Shown in pieces: positions 1 to 10,370 of a DNA stretch of 64,000 nt. Each line of letters starts with the position of its first letter. Positions within the stretch are counted from its first letter, which is position 1. The notes beneath the pieces were generated by a model. The model did not search any database, was not told the DNA's origin, and saw only the letters and a program-made list of their open reading frames with translations. The translations under genes were made by a program, and so were the position numbers. The DNA is taken from NCBI GenBank assembly GCA_965240325.2, contig OZ251232.1, positions 372,001 through 436,000 on the forward strand, given 5' to 3'. Origin of the DNA: Rebecca billardiae RCC1528 (Eukaryota > Protista > Haptophyta).

Positions 1-373
1 GCTCTCCGCCCACTCGCTCCGCGCCAATCTCAGCGGCTGCCTCGAACGTCTGCACGGCGCGCAGCAGCTGCCAGGCGCGCCGACGGGCGGCTGAGTTGGC
101 CTGCTCCGCGCTGACGTGCTCCGGTCGCATCCCCGCAGGCGGATCGGGCTCGGCGAGCGCGTCGTTGGCCAGTGAGAACAGGTTGACGGTCGAGAGCAGC
201 GTCTCCGCGCCGAGATCGCTCTCGGCAAAGCGCCCGGGCAGCCAGTACGTGCCCGCGCGCAGCGCCGTCTCGAGCCAGTCGAACGTCTCCCGATGGCCCC
301 GAACGAGCTCGCGCCAAGAGCGCAGCACTGCGGGGCCGACAGCGCGCGGTGCGTCATCCTCACGACCATCCAT
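1..373 (-). CDS. PEX16: Peroxisomal membrane protein PEX16, 5' part (runs off the left edge)
   Basis: Manual translation from the ATG at 373 gives MDGREDD...SWRELVRGHRETFDWLETALRAGTYWLPGRFAESDLGAETLLSTVNLFSLAND...LLRAVQTFEAAAEIGAE. This matches the Pex16 N-terminal pattern (E..LR.LTY.LPGRF..SE...E). It is absent from the ORF track because it has no stop in the window. Confidence 0.8.
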   Translation of the reverse strand, partial: MDGREDDAPRAVGPAVLRSWRELVRGHRETFDWLETALRAGTYWLPGRFAESDLGAETLLSTVNLFSLANDALAEPDPPAGMRPEHVSAEQANSAARRRAWQLLRAVQTFEAAAEIGAERVGGE

Positions 374-516
374 GGCAGCTGCTGCCGTCGTAAGTCGTTC
401 GGATCTCTTGGCCGCGGACGTTCGAGGCGGTGCAAGGCCGCCGCGTGAACAGATTTCCGCGGCAGCAACGACGACAGCTTCGCGAGAGAGTGCGGCGCGT
501 CGCGCGCGCCGACGGC

Positions 517-3048
517 ATGAAGATCCAGCATGGCGTCGCCGCCGCAGTCGGCCTGATGGCCGGCATCATGGTGGCTGCGCTCATCCGGGAGAGCGCTTCG
601 GGCCCGCCCCTCGACGCAGCGCGCGACGTGCGCGGCACGAGCGCGGCTGTGAAGCCAACTGATGCGCTCGGCGCGCCGGCCGCGCCGCGCATGGACGTGC
701 CTACTGAGCGCACGCGTGCCGACCCGGCTCCTGCGGTCGATGCCACGCCCATCATACCCGCCCCTACGCCCGAGCCCGTGCGCGACGAGCCCGTGCGGCG
801 CGCCGCCAGCCCGCCGCGAGGCTTTGCACAGCGCGCGCGCACACAGCGCGGGGCGCACCGTGTGCCTTTCCTTGTCGAGCCCGCGGCCGGGGCGACGGGC
901 GCAGGCCCGGTGGCGGAGAGCGCGCGCACGGGTACCTCTGATCACGCCGGCGCCAAGCATCCGCCGCGGCAACCGGCGCCGACGTCGGTGGCGCCCACGC
1001 CGGCGCGTGCGGCCGCGGCCGACGCAGCCGCGGCCCCGCGCGCGGATCCGCGCCCGGCGCCCGCGTCGCCCTCGAGGGCGGCGGCGTCGGTGGCATCGGG
1101 CGGCGACGCGGCGGCGGGTGGCGCGGCGGCACCGAACGGCACGCGCGTGCCCGACGCGTGCGCCCTGCGCTGGCGCCCGGGCCTCGTGCCGCGCATCCGG
1201 CCGCCAGAGGATGCCAACCTGTCCGCGTGGTCACACTCGGCGGGCGCGGGCCGCGAGCGGCTCGACCGCTTCTTCGCGAAGCTGCTCAGCGGGCAGAACG
1301 TGACGGTGTACTTTCTGGGCGAGTCGGTCACGCGCGGCACCGGCGCCGACCACCAGTGCGTCACCTGCTCCGCGCCGCCGCCGCAGCCGGGGCGGCACGC
1401 CTGGATCAACCAGAGTGCCATCGACGCGGGCGCGCTCGGCGCGCACTACGCGGCCGCAGGCGCGCGCGGCGCGGGCGCGAGCTGGCCGTGCGCGGCGGAG
1501 GAGGCGGAGCGGGACACGTACGAGCGGTGCGCGAGCGCGCGCCGCCGGCGCGGCGCGCCGCCGCCGCCCGCCGACGCGGCGTCGGAGGCGCGCGCGCGCG
1601 CGTGCGAGGCTGTGGAGCGCGTGTGCTTCCCCCGCAACTCGTGGCGCTGTCTCGTGCTGCACTGGCTGCAGCACGCGTTCCCCGGCCAGGTGACGATGCG
1701 CACGTCGGCGAAGCCGCTGCTCTTCATGGCGTCGTGCTTCGCGCGCGCGCTCGACGGCGTCGACCTCGTCGTGCACGAGTACGCCGTCAACGGCGGCGGG
1801 CGGATGCTCTGCCTGCAGGAGCGCGTGCTGCGCGCGGCGCTGCTCGGACCGGGGCTGCCGGCCGTGCTGATGCTGCTGTGGATCCCGAAGCACTTCCGGC
1901 CCGCGCCGCCGCGCACGGTGCTGACGGACGTGCAGGACGCGCTCGGCGAGCTGGGCGACCACTACGAGCTGCCCACGCTGCGCATGGCCAAGGCGTTCAG
2001 CGCGCCCTGCCCGAGCGCGAGCGCGGCCGTGCTGCGCTCGTCGCGCACGGGCGCGGGCGCGGGCTGGTGCTACGGGCGCAACGCGAGCCGCGGCGGCGAG
2101 GACGGCCTGCTGCACGGCGACATGTACCACCCGAACACGGACGGGCACGCGTTCTTCGCCGCGCACGTGCTCGAGCTGCTCGAGCGCTCCGCGACCAACG
2201 CGCAGCGCGGCTGGGCGTACGCGGCGAGCGACGGCGCGGCGGCGGCGCGCGCGGCGCCGCGCGCACTCAGCGCGCGCGCGCGCCGCATGCCGACGCCGCT
2301 GCACGAGCTCAACCGCGGGCTCGACTCGAGCGCGGAGGGCGGGCGCAACCTGTGCGTCGGCGTGGACGAGATGGAGTCGCTCGCCACGCGGAACGTCGGC
2401 TGGGCGCGCGTGCAGGAGCTCACCGCCTCCAACATCCGCCGGCTGCCCGCGCTGCAGACAGACGCGCTCGGCTCGTCCATCGAGTGGACCCTCGACGTGC
2501 GCGGCGTCGCGTGGCTGATCGTCACGTACATGCAGTCGTACGCGGGGTTTGGCGCGGCGGAGGTGCGGTGCGTGTCGGGGTGCGCGTGCGCGATGCACGC
2601 GGCGCAGGCGTCCGCCGACGTCGACGGCGTCGCCGCCGAGCTCCCCGGCCACGCCGGCGTGAACGTGAACGTGATCAACGCGACCAGCGCGCGCACGCGC
2701 ACGTCGGAGCCGCAGTGGCGCATCCTCGACGTGAGCGAGCACAGCGCCGCGTGCACGGTGCGCGTCACGACGGTGTCGCCGGGCAAGTTCAAGCTGATGC
2801 TGCTCTCGCTCGTGCGCGTCGCGCCCGTCGACGCCGCCGCGGGCACGCCGACGAGCCAGACCGGCGGCGGCGCGTCGCAGAGGGCGCTGCAGTGCTTCGG
2901 CGTGCACGACGACGCGAGCACCAAGCACGGCCACGGCATGGTCGCCGTCGGCGAGTCGGTCAACCTCGACCACTTCACGCTCGACGACTCGCGCTACTGG
3001 AACCGCAAGACGGCCGGGCCGGGCCTGGGCCGTAAGCGCCGCCGATAG
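517..3048 (+). CDS. SGNH/GDSL-like hydrolase with N-terminal membrane anchor and Pro/Ala-rich stalk
   Basis: Block I VYFLGESVTRG, block III DLVVHEYAVN, block V DMYHPNTDGH. A hydrophobic segment follows the first ATG at 517. Confidence 0.75.
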   Translation: MKIQHGVAAAVGLMAGIMVAALIRESASGPPLDAARDVRGTSAAVKPTDALGAPAAPRMDVPTERTRADPAPAVDATPIIPAPTPEPVRDEPVRRAASPPRGFAQRARTQRGAHRVPFLVEPAAGATGAGPVAESARTGTSDHAGAKHPPRQPAPTSVAPTPARAAAADAAAAPRADPRPAPASPSRAAASVASGGDAAAGGAAAPNGTRVPDACALRWRPGLVPRIRPPEDANLSAWSHSAGAGRERLDRFFAKLLSGQNVTVYFLGESVTRGTGADHQCVTCSAPPPQPGRHAWINQSAIDAGALGAHYAAAGARGAGASWPCAAEEAERDTYERCASARRRRGAPPPPADAASEARARACEAVERVCFPRNSWRCLVLHWLQHAFPGQVTMRTSAKPLLFMASCFARALDGVDLVVHEYAVNGGGRMLCLQERVLRAALLGPGLPAVLMLLWIPKHFRPAPPRTVLTDVQDALGELGDHYELPTLRMAKAFSAPCPSASAAVLRSSRTGAGAGWCYGRNASRGGEDGLLHGDMYHPNTDGHAFFAAHVLELLERSATNAQRGWAYAASDGAAAARAAPRALSARARRMPTPLHELNRGLDSSAEGGRNLCVGVDEMESLATRNVGWARVQELTASNIRRLPALQTDALGSSIEWTLDVRGVAWLIVTYMQSYAGFGAAEVRCVSGCACAMHAAQASADVDGVAAELPGHAGVNVNVINATSARTRTSEPQWRILDVSEHSAACTVRVTTVSPGKFKLMLLSLVRVAPVDAAAGTPTSQTGGGASQRALQCFGVHDDASTKHGHGMVAVGESVNLDHFTLDDSRYWNRKTAGPGLGRKRRR

Positions 3049-3371
3049 CCGGCTCGGCCTCAGGCCAGGCGCGCGGCGCCATACATATCGGAGAGGCTGC
3101 GAGGCCCACTTTGATTGACGGTGCTTCAGGGCTCAGGCTCAGCCCGCTGTTCGGCGCCTCTTCGCCTGTTGCTGCCGCCGTTGCAGGTTGGCGGTCCGGT
3201 GTCACATGCACCATTATTCATCGGACGACCTTGTAGTTGTGACCCGCCAAGCCACTCCGCAGCAGTGGGCACGGACCGCGCGGTCCGTCTGAGCCTGACG
3301 ACACCGTGACCGCTGAGTGTCACTCATCACGCCTCATCACGGCATCACTCATGGCATCAGCATTATCAGTA

Positions 3372-3373
<2 letters not shown>

Positions 3374-3434
<61 letters not shown>

Positions 3435-3441
3435 TAGATAT

Positions 3442-3486
<45 letters not shown>

Positions 3487-3499
3487 GATAGATAGATAG
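3374..3499. repeat. (TA)n then (TAGA)n microsatellite
   Basis: Seen directly. Confidence 0.95.
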
Positions 3500-4347
3500 T
3501 ATACAATAATAACCGTACCGACTAAACTAGACTACTACACTGCTCATGCTGTCGGGCCGACGACTCGGATGAGATTGAGCCGATGATGCCACGGGCGATG
3601 AGGTCGAGCCTGGACGGCCCGCCGACCGACCGGGCGGCGCGCAGCCGGACTCGCGCGGCTCTTCACTGGTATACTGTATATATGGTCCGCTTATATCGTC
3701 GTCGTTATTATTGATCATCAACATACTACTAACTGCTACTGCTACTGGCTGATGTGATACTTGACACTCAGAGTCAGACACTCTGATGCTGCTGCTGCTG
3801 CTCGGATCCTGTCAGAGGCGGAGCAGGCCGAGACCGCCGAGTCGGATATGACTGTAGCTAAGCTACATGATGTGAGTTCATCTCGGCGGAGCAGTAGTGA
3901 TGACGACTGACTACGCCGTGAGCGCGAGTTTCGTCGGCGTTACTGCTAGTGCTACTCGGACCGACCGACTGATGACTCCGGCGGGTGTATGGCTAGCTAC
4001 TCGACGCTACTCTCGAGGACTCTTCTCTCGTTTCTCGATCACAATCGTCTGCTCATGATGCAGTCAGCATCATCCGGACGAATAGGTCGAATCCGCGACG
4101 ATTCGCACCGAGTCTCCGTGGCTCCGCACCGTGTCTGAGTCTAATAGCTAGCATCACGCCGCCGCGCCGGGCTCTCCGTCTAGCGAGCCATCAGCGTCTA
4201 TTGCTGGCGCGGACTACTGTCTATATATATATCTACTGTCTGGCTCGATCTCGCCTCATCTGTCTGCTATGCCGTATGCGCAGTACTCACTACTCAGTAC
4301 TCAGCGCCGAGTACAGCGCACCGTGCAGACCGTCAGCATAACTACGA

Positions 4348-4601
4348 TATATATATTAATTAATTAATTAATTAATTAATTAATTAATAAGAGAGAGTAG
4401 AGATGAGAGCCAGAGTATTGAGTAAGAGGCTCATCTCATCTCTCTCTCTATCGAGTATCGTCGTCTCTAAGAGAGATAGAGTGACGACGATAGAGATCTA
4501 TAGAGATAGAGACGATATAGCTAAGATAGTTCAAAGAGATATAGAGATAGAGATAGCGATAGAGATAGAGATAGAGATAGAGACTATAGAGATATAGATA
4601 G
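4348..4601. repeat. (TA)n/(TTAA)n/(GAGATA)n microsatellite cluster
   Basis: Seen directly; the ORF at 4403-4597 is an artefact of it. Confidence 0.9.
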
Positions 4602-4627
4602 TATGGCATATGCCATATATCAATTGA

Positions 4628-6130
4628 TCAGGCCATGCGCGGCCGCACCCGCCTGGCCATCACCACAGGTCGTACACGCGACGGCGTCGTTACGATCGCG
4701 CTGGCTGTGACCAGAAACGGCAGCTGCGCCCGTGGCTGCCGCGCTGCCACAACGTCTGAGGCAGTGGCTGTGCTGCTGGTGCGCTTCCGCTGCCGCTTGG
4801 CGGCGCTCACTTGTTTGTTGCTCGTCATGTCTTGCTCCAGCCCACGCTTGTGCGCACCACTCCGAAGGCGCTTCATGCCGGCGAGCTTGTGCGCAGTGCA
4901 CCGGCTGGCGCGCGCGTCGCCGGGCATGCCGAAGTCAGGCACCTTGGTGCAGCTGGTGTGATCACACTTGGGGTGCTTCAAGTCGACCATGCCGGCCAGC
5001 TTGTGCGTAGCGCACCGGCTGGCGCGCGCGTCGCCGGGCATGCCGAACGCAGGCTGCTTGGTGCAGCCAGCGTGATCACATTTGCGGCTCACCACGTCGA
5101 CCATGCCGGCCAGCTTGTGCGCAGCGCACCGGCTGGCGCGCGCCTCGCCCGGCATGCCGAATGAAGGGCACTTGGTGCAGCCAGCGTGATCACATTTGCG
5201 GCTCACCACGTTGACCATGCCGGCCAGCTTGTGCGTAGCGCACCGGCTGGCGCGCGCGTCGCCCGGCATGCCGAACAAAGGCCGCGTGGTGCAGCCGGTG
5301 TGATCACACTTGCGGCTCATCACGTCGACCATGCCGGCCAGCATGTGCGCAGCGCACCGGCTGGCGCCCGCGTCACCCGGCATGCCGAATGAAGGCTGCG
5401 TGCTGCAGCCCGTATGATCACACTTGTGGGTCTTCACGCCAACCATGCCGGCCAGCTTGTGCGTAGCGCACCGGCTGGCGCGCGCGTCGCCCGGCATGCC
5501 GAAGTGAGGCCGCGTGGTGCAGCCGGTGTGATCACACTTGCGGCTCATCACGTCGACCATGCCGGCCAGCATGTGCGCAGCGCACCGGCTGGCGCGCGCG
5601 TCGCCGGGCATGCCGAAGTTAGGCACCTTGGTGCAGCTGGTGTGATCACACTTGGGGTGCTTCAAGTCGACCATGCCGGCCAGCTTGTGCGTAGCGCACC
5701 GGCTGGCGCGCGCGTCGCCCGGCATGCCGAAGTTAGGCACCTTGGTGCAGCTGGTGTGATCGCACTTGCGGCTCTTCACGTCGACCATGCCGGCCAGCTT
5801 GTGCGCAGCGCACCGGCTGGCGCGCGCGTTGCCGGGCATGCCGAATGAAGGCTGCTTGGTGCAGCCAGCGTGATCACACTTGCGGCTTCTCACGTTGACC
5901 ATGCCGGCCAGCATGTGCGCAGCGCACCGGCTGGCGCGCGCCTCGCCCGGCATGCCGAATGAAGGCCACTTGGTGCAGCTAGAGTGATCACACTTGCGGC
6001 TCTTCACGTCAACCATGCCAGCCAGCTTGTGCATAGCGCACCGGCTGGCGCGCGCCTCGCCCGGCATGCCGAATGAAGGGCACTTGGTGCAGCCAGCGTG
6101 ATCACACTTGTGGGTCTTCAGGTTGACCAT
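4628..6130 (-). CDS. EsV-1-7 cysteine-rich repeat protein (11 x 38 aa) with basic NLS-like C-terminal tail
   Basis: Tandem units KCDHxxCTKxPxFGMPGxARASRCAxHKLAGMVDV match the EsV-1-7 motif; the tail contains KRQRKR. The first in-frame ATG is at 6130; the true start may be further upstream or in another exon. Confidence 0.85.
   Translation of the reverse strand: MVNLKTHKCDHAGCTKCPSFGMPGEARASRCAMHKLAGMVDVKSRKCDHSSCTKWPSFGMPGEARASRCAAHMLAGMVNVRSRKCDHAGCTKQPSFGMPGNARASRCAAHKLAGMVDVKSRKCDHTSCTKVPNFGMPGDARASRCATHKLAGMVDLKHPKCDHTSCTKVPNFGMPGDARASRCAAHMLAGMVDVMSRKCDHTGCTTRPHFGMPGDARASRCATHKLAGMVGVKTHKCDHTGCSTQPSFGMPGDAGASRCAAHMLAGMVDVMSRKCDHTGCTTRPLFGMPGDARASRCATHKLAGMVNVVSRKCDHAGCTKCPSFGMPGEARASRCAAHKLAGMVDVVSRKCDHAGCTKQPAFGMPGDARASRCATHKLAGMVDLKHPKCDHTSCTKVPDFGMPGDARASRCTAHKLAGMKRLRSGAHKRGLEQDMTSNKQVSAAKRQRKRTSSTATASDVVAARQPRAQLPFLVTASAIVTTPSRVRPVVMARRVRPRMA
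4874..6130. repeat. 114-bp coding tandem repeat, 11 units
   Basis: Recurrent gcaccggctggcgcgcgc and gtgatcacacttg every 114 bp. Confidence 0.95.
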
Positions 6131-7567
6131 GCCGGCCAGCTCGTTGCGCAGCCTGGCTGCCGACGTCTGTCGATCGGCAGTGATGAGTGATGAACACCTC
6201 CCCCGGTGGATGAACACGCCCGGCCGGGGCTGTGCGGCCAAGGGCGCGAGCGATTCTCGTCGTCATTAGAAGGCGGTCGTACCCCCATACCAAAGGGCAT
6301 AGTAGCGCAGTACTGTATGGGGGTATCCATCAAGCAGGGAGTCGGCAAGCACGTCTTCGCTGCCACTGACGACGGAAGGACTCGCCTTGTGGACTCGCCC
6401 TCCCCGTGCGCCAGTGGAGCCGCGACCTCAGAACAGGACGATTTCCCTGCCGAGGCCCGAGGTACCGCCCTTGCCCGAGGGGTCTCCGTCCGGGCCTTTG
6501 GTTTGCTTGAACACACCCACCACCCAACCAACCGAGTGCACTCGAGCGAAATCGTGCCTGGCTAGGTGTCCCTCGGCACTGGGCGGCTAGGTGTGCGCCC
6601 GCACACCTAGCCAGGGCTGGCTAGGTGTCCGCCCATACCCTCGCGTCGTCAGAACTTTCGGAAACGAAAGTCGCGCCAAGGCGGCCCCGGTCTTCTCTCA
6701 CGGCGGCGCAAGGGGCGCGGGGGCGCTGGCTCGCGATCCGAAGGGCAGTCGCTCGCGACCTCGCTTGGGCGGCGGCAGCGGCGCTGTGGCATACTGTTTG
6801 CCACCCGCGCGGCTGTGTGCGATCGCGCGGTCCCGTTCGTCGCCACGCCGCGCGCGACCGTTCACGGCACAGTCTTTCCGCACTGTGAGCACCCCTTGCC
6901 AGCGCACGGCGGCGGAGAGCCCAGACAGCCCGTCACGCGCGCGACGTCCTTGTGGGGTGCGATGTACTCACACTAATGCTAGCATGCGCCTGCGTTTTGG
7001 TGAGCCTATTCAGCATCCAGACCACTCTCTACTGCTGCAAGATGAGTCATCGTCTGCCAATCGGTCAACGAGTCATGGACAGCGCAGCAGTCGTCCATGA
7101 TCCTCATGCCCACCCCGTGGGCAAGCGCGTGCCTCCGGGAACCCAAAGAACCTGGGTACATCGCACCCCACAAGGACGTCGCGCGCGTGACGGGCTGTCT
7201 GGGCTCTCCGCCGCCGTGCGCTGGCAAGGGGTGCTCACAGTGCGGAAAGACTGTGCCGTGAACGGTCGCGCGCGGCGTGGCGACGAACGGGACCGCGCGA
7301 TCGCACACAGCCGCGCGGGTGGCAAACAGTATGCCACAGCGCCGCTGCCGCCGCCCAAGCGAGGTCGCGAGCGACTGCCCTTCGGATCGCGAGCCAGCGC
7401 CCCCGCGCCCCTTGCGCCGCCGTGAGAGAAGACCGGGGCCGCCTTGGCGCGACTTTCGTTTCCGAAAGTTCTGACGACGCGAGGGTATGGGCGGACACCT
7501 AGCCAGCCCTGGCTAGGTGTGCGGGCGCACACCTAGCCGCCCAGTGCCGAGGGACACCTAGCCAGGC

Positions 7568-8697
7568 CAAGGGTAGTAAGGGTGAGCAACTCCGCTGGCG
7601 ACAGCCGCGGAGGTCGGTCGGGCTCTGTTTGCCTCGGCGCCCGGTGCGAGCGGAGCGGAGCGAGTACTATCAGCGGCGGAGGGCGCTGAGGCCGCGCACG
7701 GCGTGAGGCGCGGCGTCGGCCGAGTCCGTCTGCGGAGGATACGCGGCGCTCGGCCCGCTGCGCAGCAGTAGTGTGCCTCACTTTGCCCCGAGCGCCGTCC
7801 TCCGCGTCGCCTCCTTCCCGCCTTGGAGCAGCACGCATGTGCGCGCCGCCACCTCGAAGGCGGCACGGGCTTGCTCAGACGACCGCGCGCGCGTGGCGCG
7901 CGACTCGGTCGACTGCGCGCGCGCGCTGCCGCGGTGCAAGGTAGCGCCACCGCATACGCGCGCCGTGCCCGCGCGTGCCTTTGCTTACGGCCATCTCATG
8001 AGCGTAGTGCTCGTTTGTCTGCTTGCTCTCACGAATGGTTCGCTGTGCCTCACGCCAGCGCTCGTCGGTCGATCAGCGAGGTGTTGAGTGACATTGGATA
8101 CCCATGACGAAGGCCTAGCCGTGTGTATCCCTTCTCAGCACGAATGCAAGCGGACGCTATGGCTCCACATCGATGGTACCAACACTCACGCCGCTGTCTT
8201 TTCCAGCTTCACGTCACTCGGCACTAGTCGGATGCGCAAGCAGCATTAGACATGTGTGTGAGCTCGCACTCACGTCCGCGCACACGCTCTCGCAAGGCCA
8301 CGGCGCGCGTATGCGGTGGCGCTACCTTGCACCGCGGCAGCGCGCGCGCGCAGTCGACCGAGTCGCGCGCCACGCGCGCGCGGTCGTCTGAGCAAGCCCG
8401 TGCCGCCTTCGAGGTGGCGGCGCGCACATGCGTGCTGCTCCAAGGCGGGAAGGAGGCGACGCGGAGGACGGCGCTCGGGGCAAAGCGAGGCACACTACTG
8501 CTGCGCAGCGGGCCGAGCGCCGCGTATCCTCCGCAGACGGACTCGGCCGACGCCGCGCCTCACGCCGTGCGCGGCCTCAGCGCCCTCCGCCGCTGATAGT
8601 ACTCGCTCCGCTCCGCCGCACCGGGCGCCGAGGCAAACAGAGCCCGATGGACCTCCGCGGCTGTCGCCAGCGGAGTTGCTCACCCTTACTACCCTTG
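7568..8697. mobile_element. Element B: P-superfamily (Galileo/foldback-like) non-autonomous element, 1130 bp, nested in the right TIR of A
   Basis: CAAGGG...CCCTTG termini; ~400-bp inverted arms (7568-7967/8299-8697); 7-bp TSD GCCAGGC (7561-7567/8698-8704). Confidence 0.85.
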
Positions 8698-8726
8698 GCC
8701 AGGCACGATTTCGCTCGAGTGCACTC

Positions 8727-10290
8727 CAGGGCTCAAAGATCCGGTGCTCGGTACGCGTACCGGTGCACCGGCGCCGCAGGCGCCGGTGCACCGGTACACC
8801 GGTGCGCGCACCGCGGGGGGGTCCGGGGGGGTGTCCCCCCCGGGGCCCCGCCGGCCCGACCCGAGGCGAAGAAATTTTTTGGGCCTATTTACTGATAGAA
8901 ACTGCCCAAATATTGGACGAAATTGGTCATTCCGTCGGACCGGCTGACCTTGACCTTGTCACTTGTCTGTCTTGTGTCCGCAGTGGGCGTGGTCCTGCCT
9001 CCGTCTCCGACGGGCCCGCCTGACCTGCACAGGCCAGTGCGGCCACTGTGGTCCGGGCGCACACGACCCCTCCCGGACTCTCACCGGTGCGCGGCACACC
9101 GGTACGTACCGGTACGGTATTTACCGGTGTCCGGTGTACCAAGGGCGGTAAGGGCTGTCAACTCCCAGTGGCGCCGAGTGGCGGAGGTTCCGTGCCCCTC
9201 AACTCGTGCGGCCTCGCGGCGCAGCGGCTAAGTCTCCTGGGGCGCCGCCCTGGAGGGCGCGTGGGGTGCGCACGCCGCGGGCTCCTGCGCCCGCGGCAGC
9301 GGCCGCGGACACGGCGCGCGTGGTTGGTCGCCTGCTAGACAGCACGTAGTACCCTCCCACGCCGCGCGCCGCGCTTGCCGGTGCCCTCGCCGTGCCTCAG
9401 GCCAGCCGCGCACGCGCGCCGCGCCAATGGCCAGCCGTGGCCACGAGCCAGCCGCCGGCGCGCGCGCGGTGCGCGGTGCGGTCGGCGCGGGTCGGGCGCG
9501 CGCCCGGGGCGAGGCTCGCGTATGATGGGCGCGCGTCATGCCGCCTCGCGCCGCCGCGCTGACGCCCGCATGGGTCGGCGCGCACGCGTTTACATGCTGT
9601 CGAGTGTGCATTGCCATGTTTGAAAATGCTCACGTTGAGACGATCATGGGACGGCAGCGACGCGTGATAGACAAGCGCAGACCACTAATATGTGCACGGC
9701 CAGCCTCGTGTCATGGCAAGCAAGTCCCCGAGTACCCGCGTTCGTCGCACTGATGCGCTCACAACCACTTATCCAAGCTCATTTCTGATGGCCGAGGAAT
9801 GCTCGACGAGCACTCTTCAGCAGCCGCGTGCAACGTGATCAAGCTCGTGGGTGGCGGCGCGAGGCGGCATGACGCGCGCCCATCATGCGCGAGCCTCGCC
9901 CCGGGCGCGCGCCCGACCCGCGCCGACCGCACCGCGCACCGCGCGCGCGCCGGCGGCTGGCTCGTGGCCACGGCTGGCCATTGGCGCGGCGCGCGTGCGC
10001 GGCTGGCCTGAGGCACGGCGAGGGCACCGGCAAGCGCGGCGCGCGGCGTGGGAGGGTACTACGTGCTGTCTAGTAGGCGACCAACCACGCGCGCCGTGTC
10101 CGCGGCCGCTGCCGCGGGCGCAGGAGCCCGCGGCGTGCGCACCCCACGCGCCCTCCAGGGCGGCGCCCCAGGAGACTTAGCCGCTGCGCCGCGAGGCCGC
10201 ACGAGTTGAGGGGCACGGAACCTCCGCCACTCGGCGCCACTGGGAGTTGACAGCCCTTACCGCCCTTGGGTGTACCGTCTTGGAGCCCTG
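8727..10290. mobile_element. Element C: hAT-like non-autonomous element inserted at the extreme end of A
   Basis: CAGGGCTC...GAGCCCTG termini; 8-bp TSD GTGCACTC (8719-8726/10291-10298); ACCGGT-rich palindromic subterminal repeats. Confidence 0.9.
9140..10268. mobile_element. Element D: P-superfamily foldback-like element, 1129 bp, nested in C
   Basis: CAAGGGCGGTAAGGG...CCCTTACCGCCCTTG termini; 416-bp arms (9140-9555/9853-10268); 7-bp TSD GGTGTAC (9133-9139/10269-10275). Confidence 0.85.
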
Positions 10291-10370
10291 GTGCACTCCA
10301 ACCGCAAGGTCCTATGATAGAAAGGCGGGAGCGAGCGGGGGCCGCGGGCCGCCGCGGGGCACGCCACAGC

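Larger units (their letters stand above)
6534..10298. mobile_element. Element A: non-autonomous long-TIR DNA transposon (~1.06 kb without nested inserts), superfamily unassigned
   Basis: Left TIR 6534-6967 is inverted to 7156-7567 + 8705-8726. Termini GAGTGCACTC...; TSD CAACC (6529-6533/10299-10303), or equally CCAACCG if the termini are AG..CT. Confidence 0.85.

Noticed and set aside
4874-6130. CRISPR-like array
   Set aside because: The units are in-frame 114-bp coding repeats with no unique spacers, there are no cas genes, and the context is eukaryotic.
6239-6473. Small P-like element (CAAGGGCG...ACCGCCCTTG)
   Set aside because: The flanks GTGCGGC and CCCGAGG do not form a TSD, and the arms do not extend.
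6556-8704. Integron-like hairpin cassettes joined at CCWGG sites
   Set aside because: Fully explained by element B inserting with a GCCAGGC TSD into the right TIR of element A.
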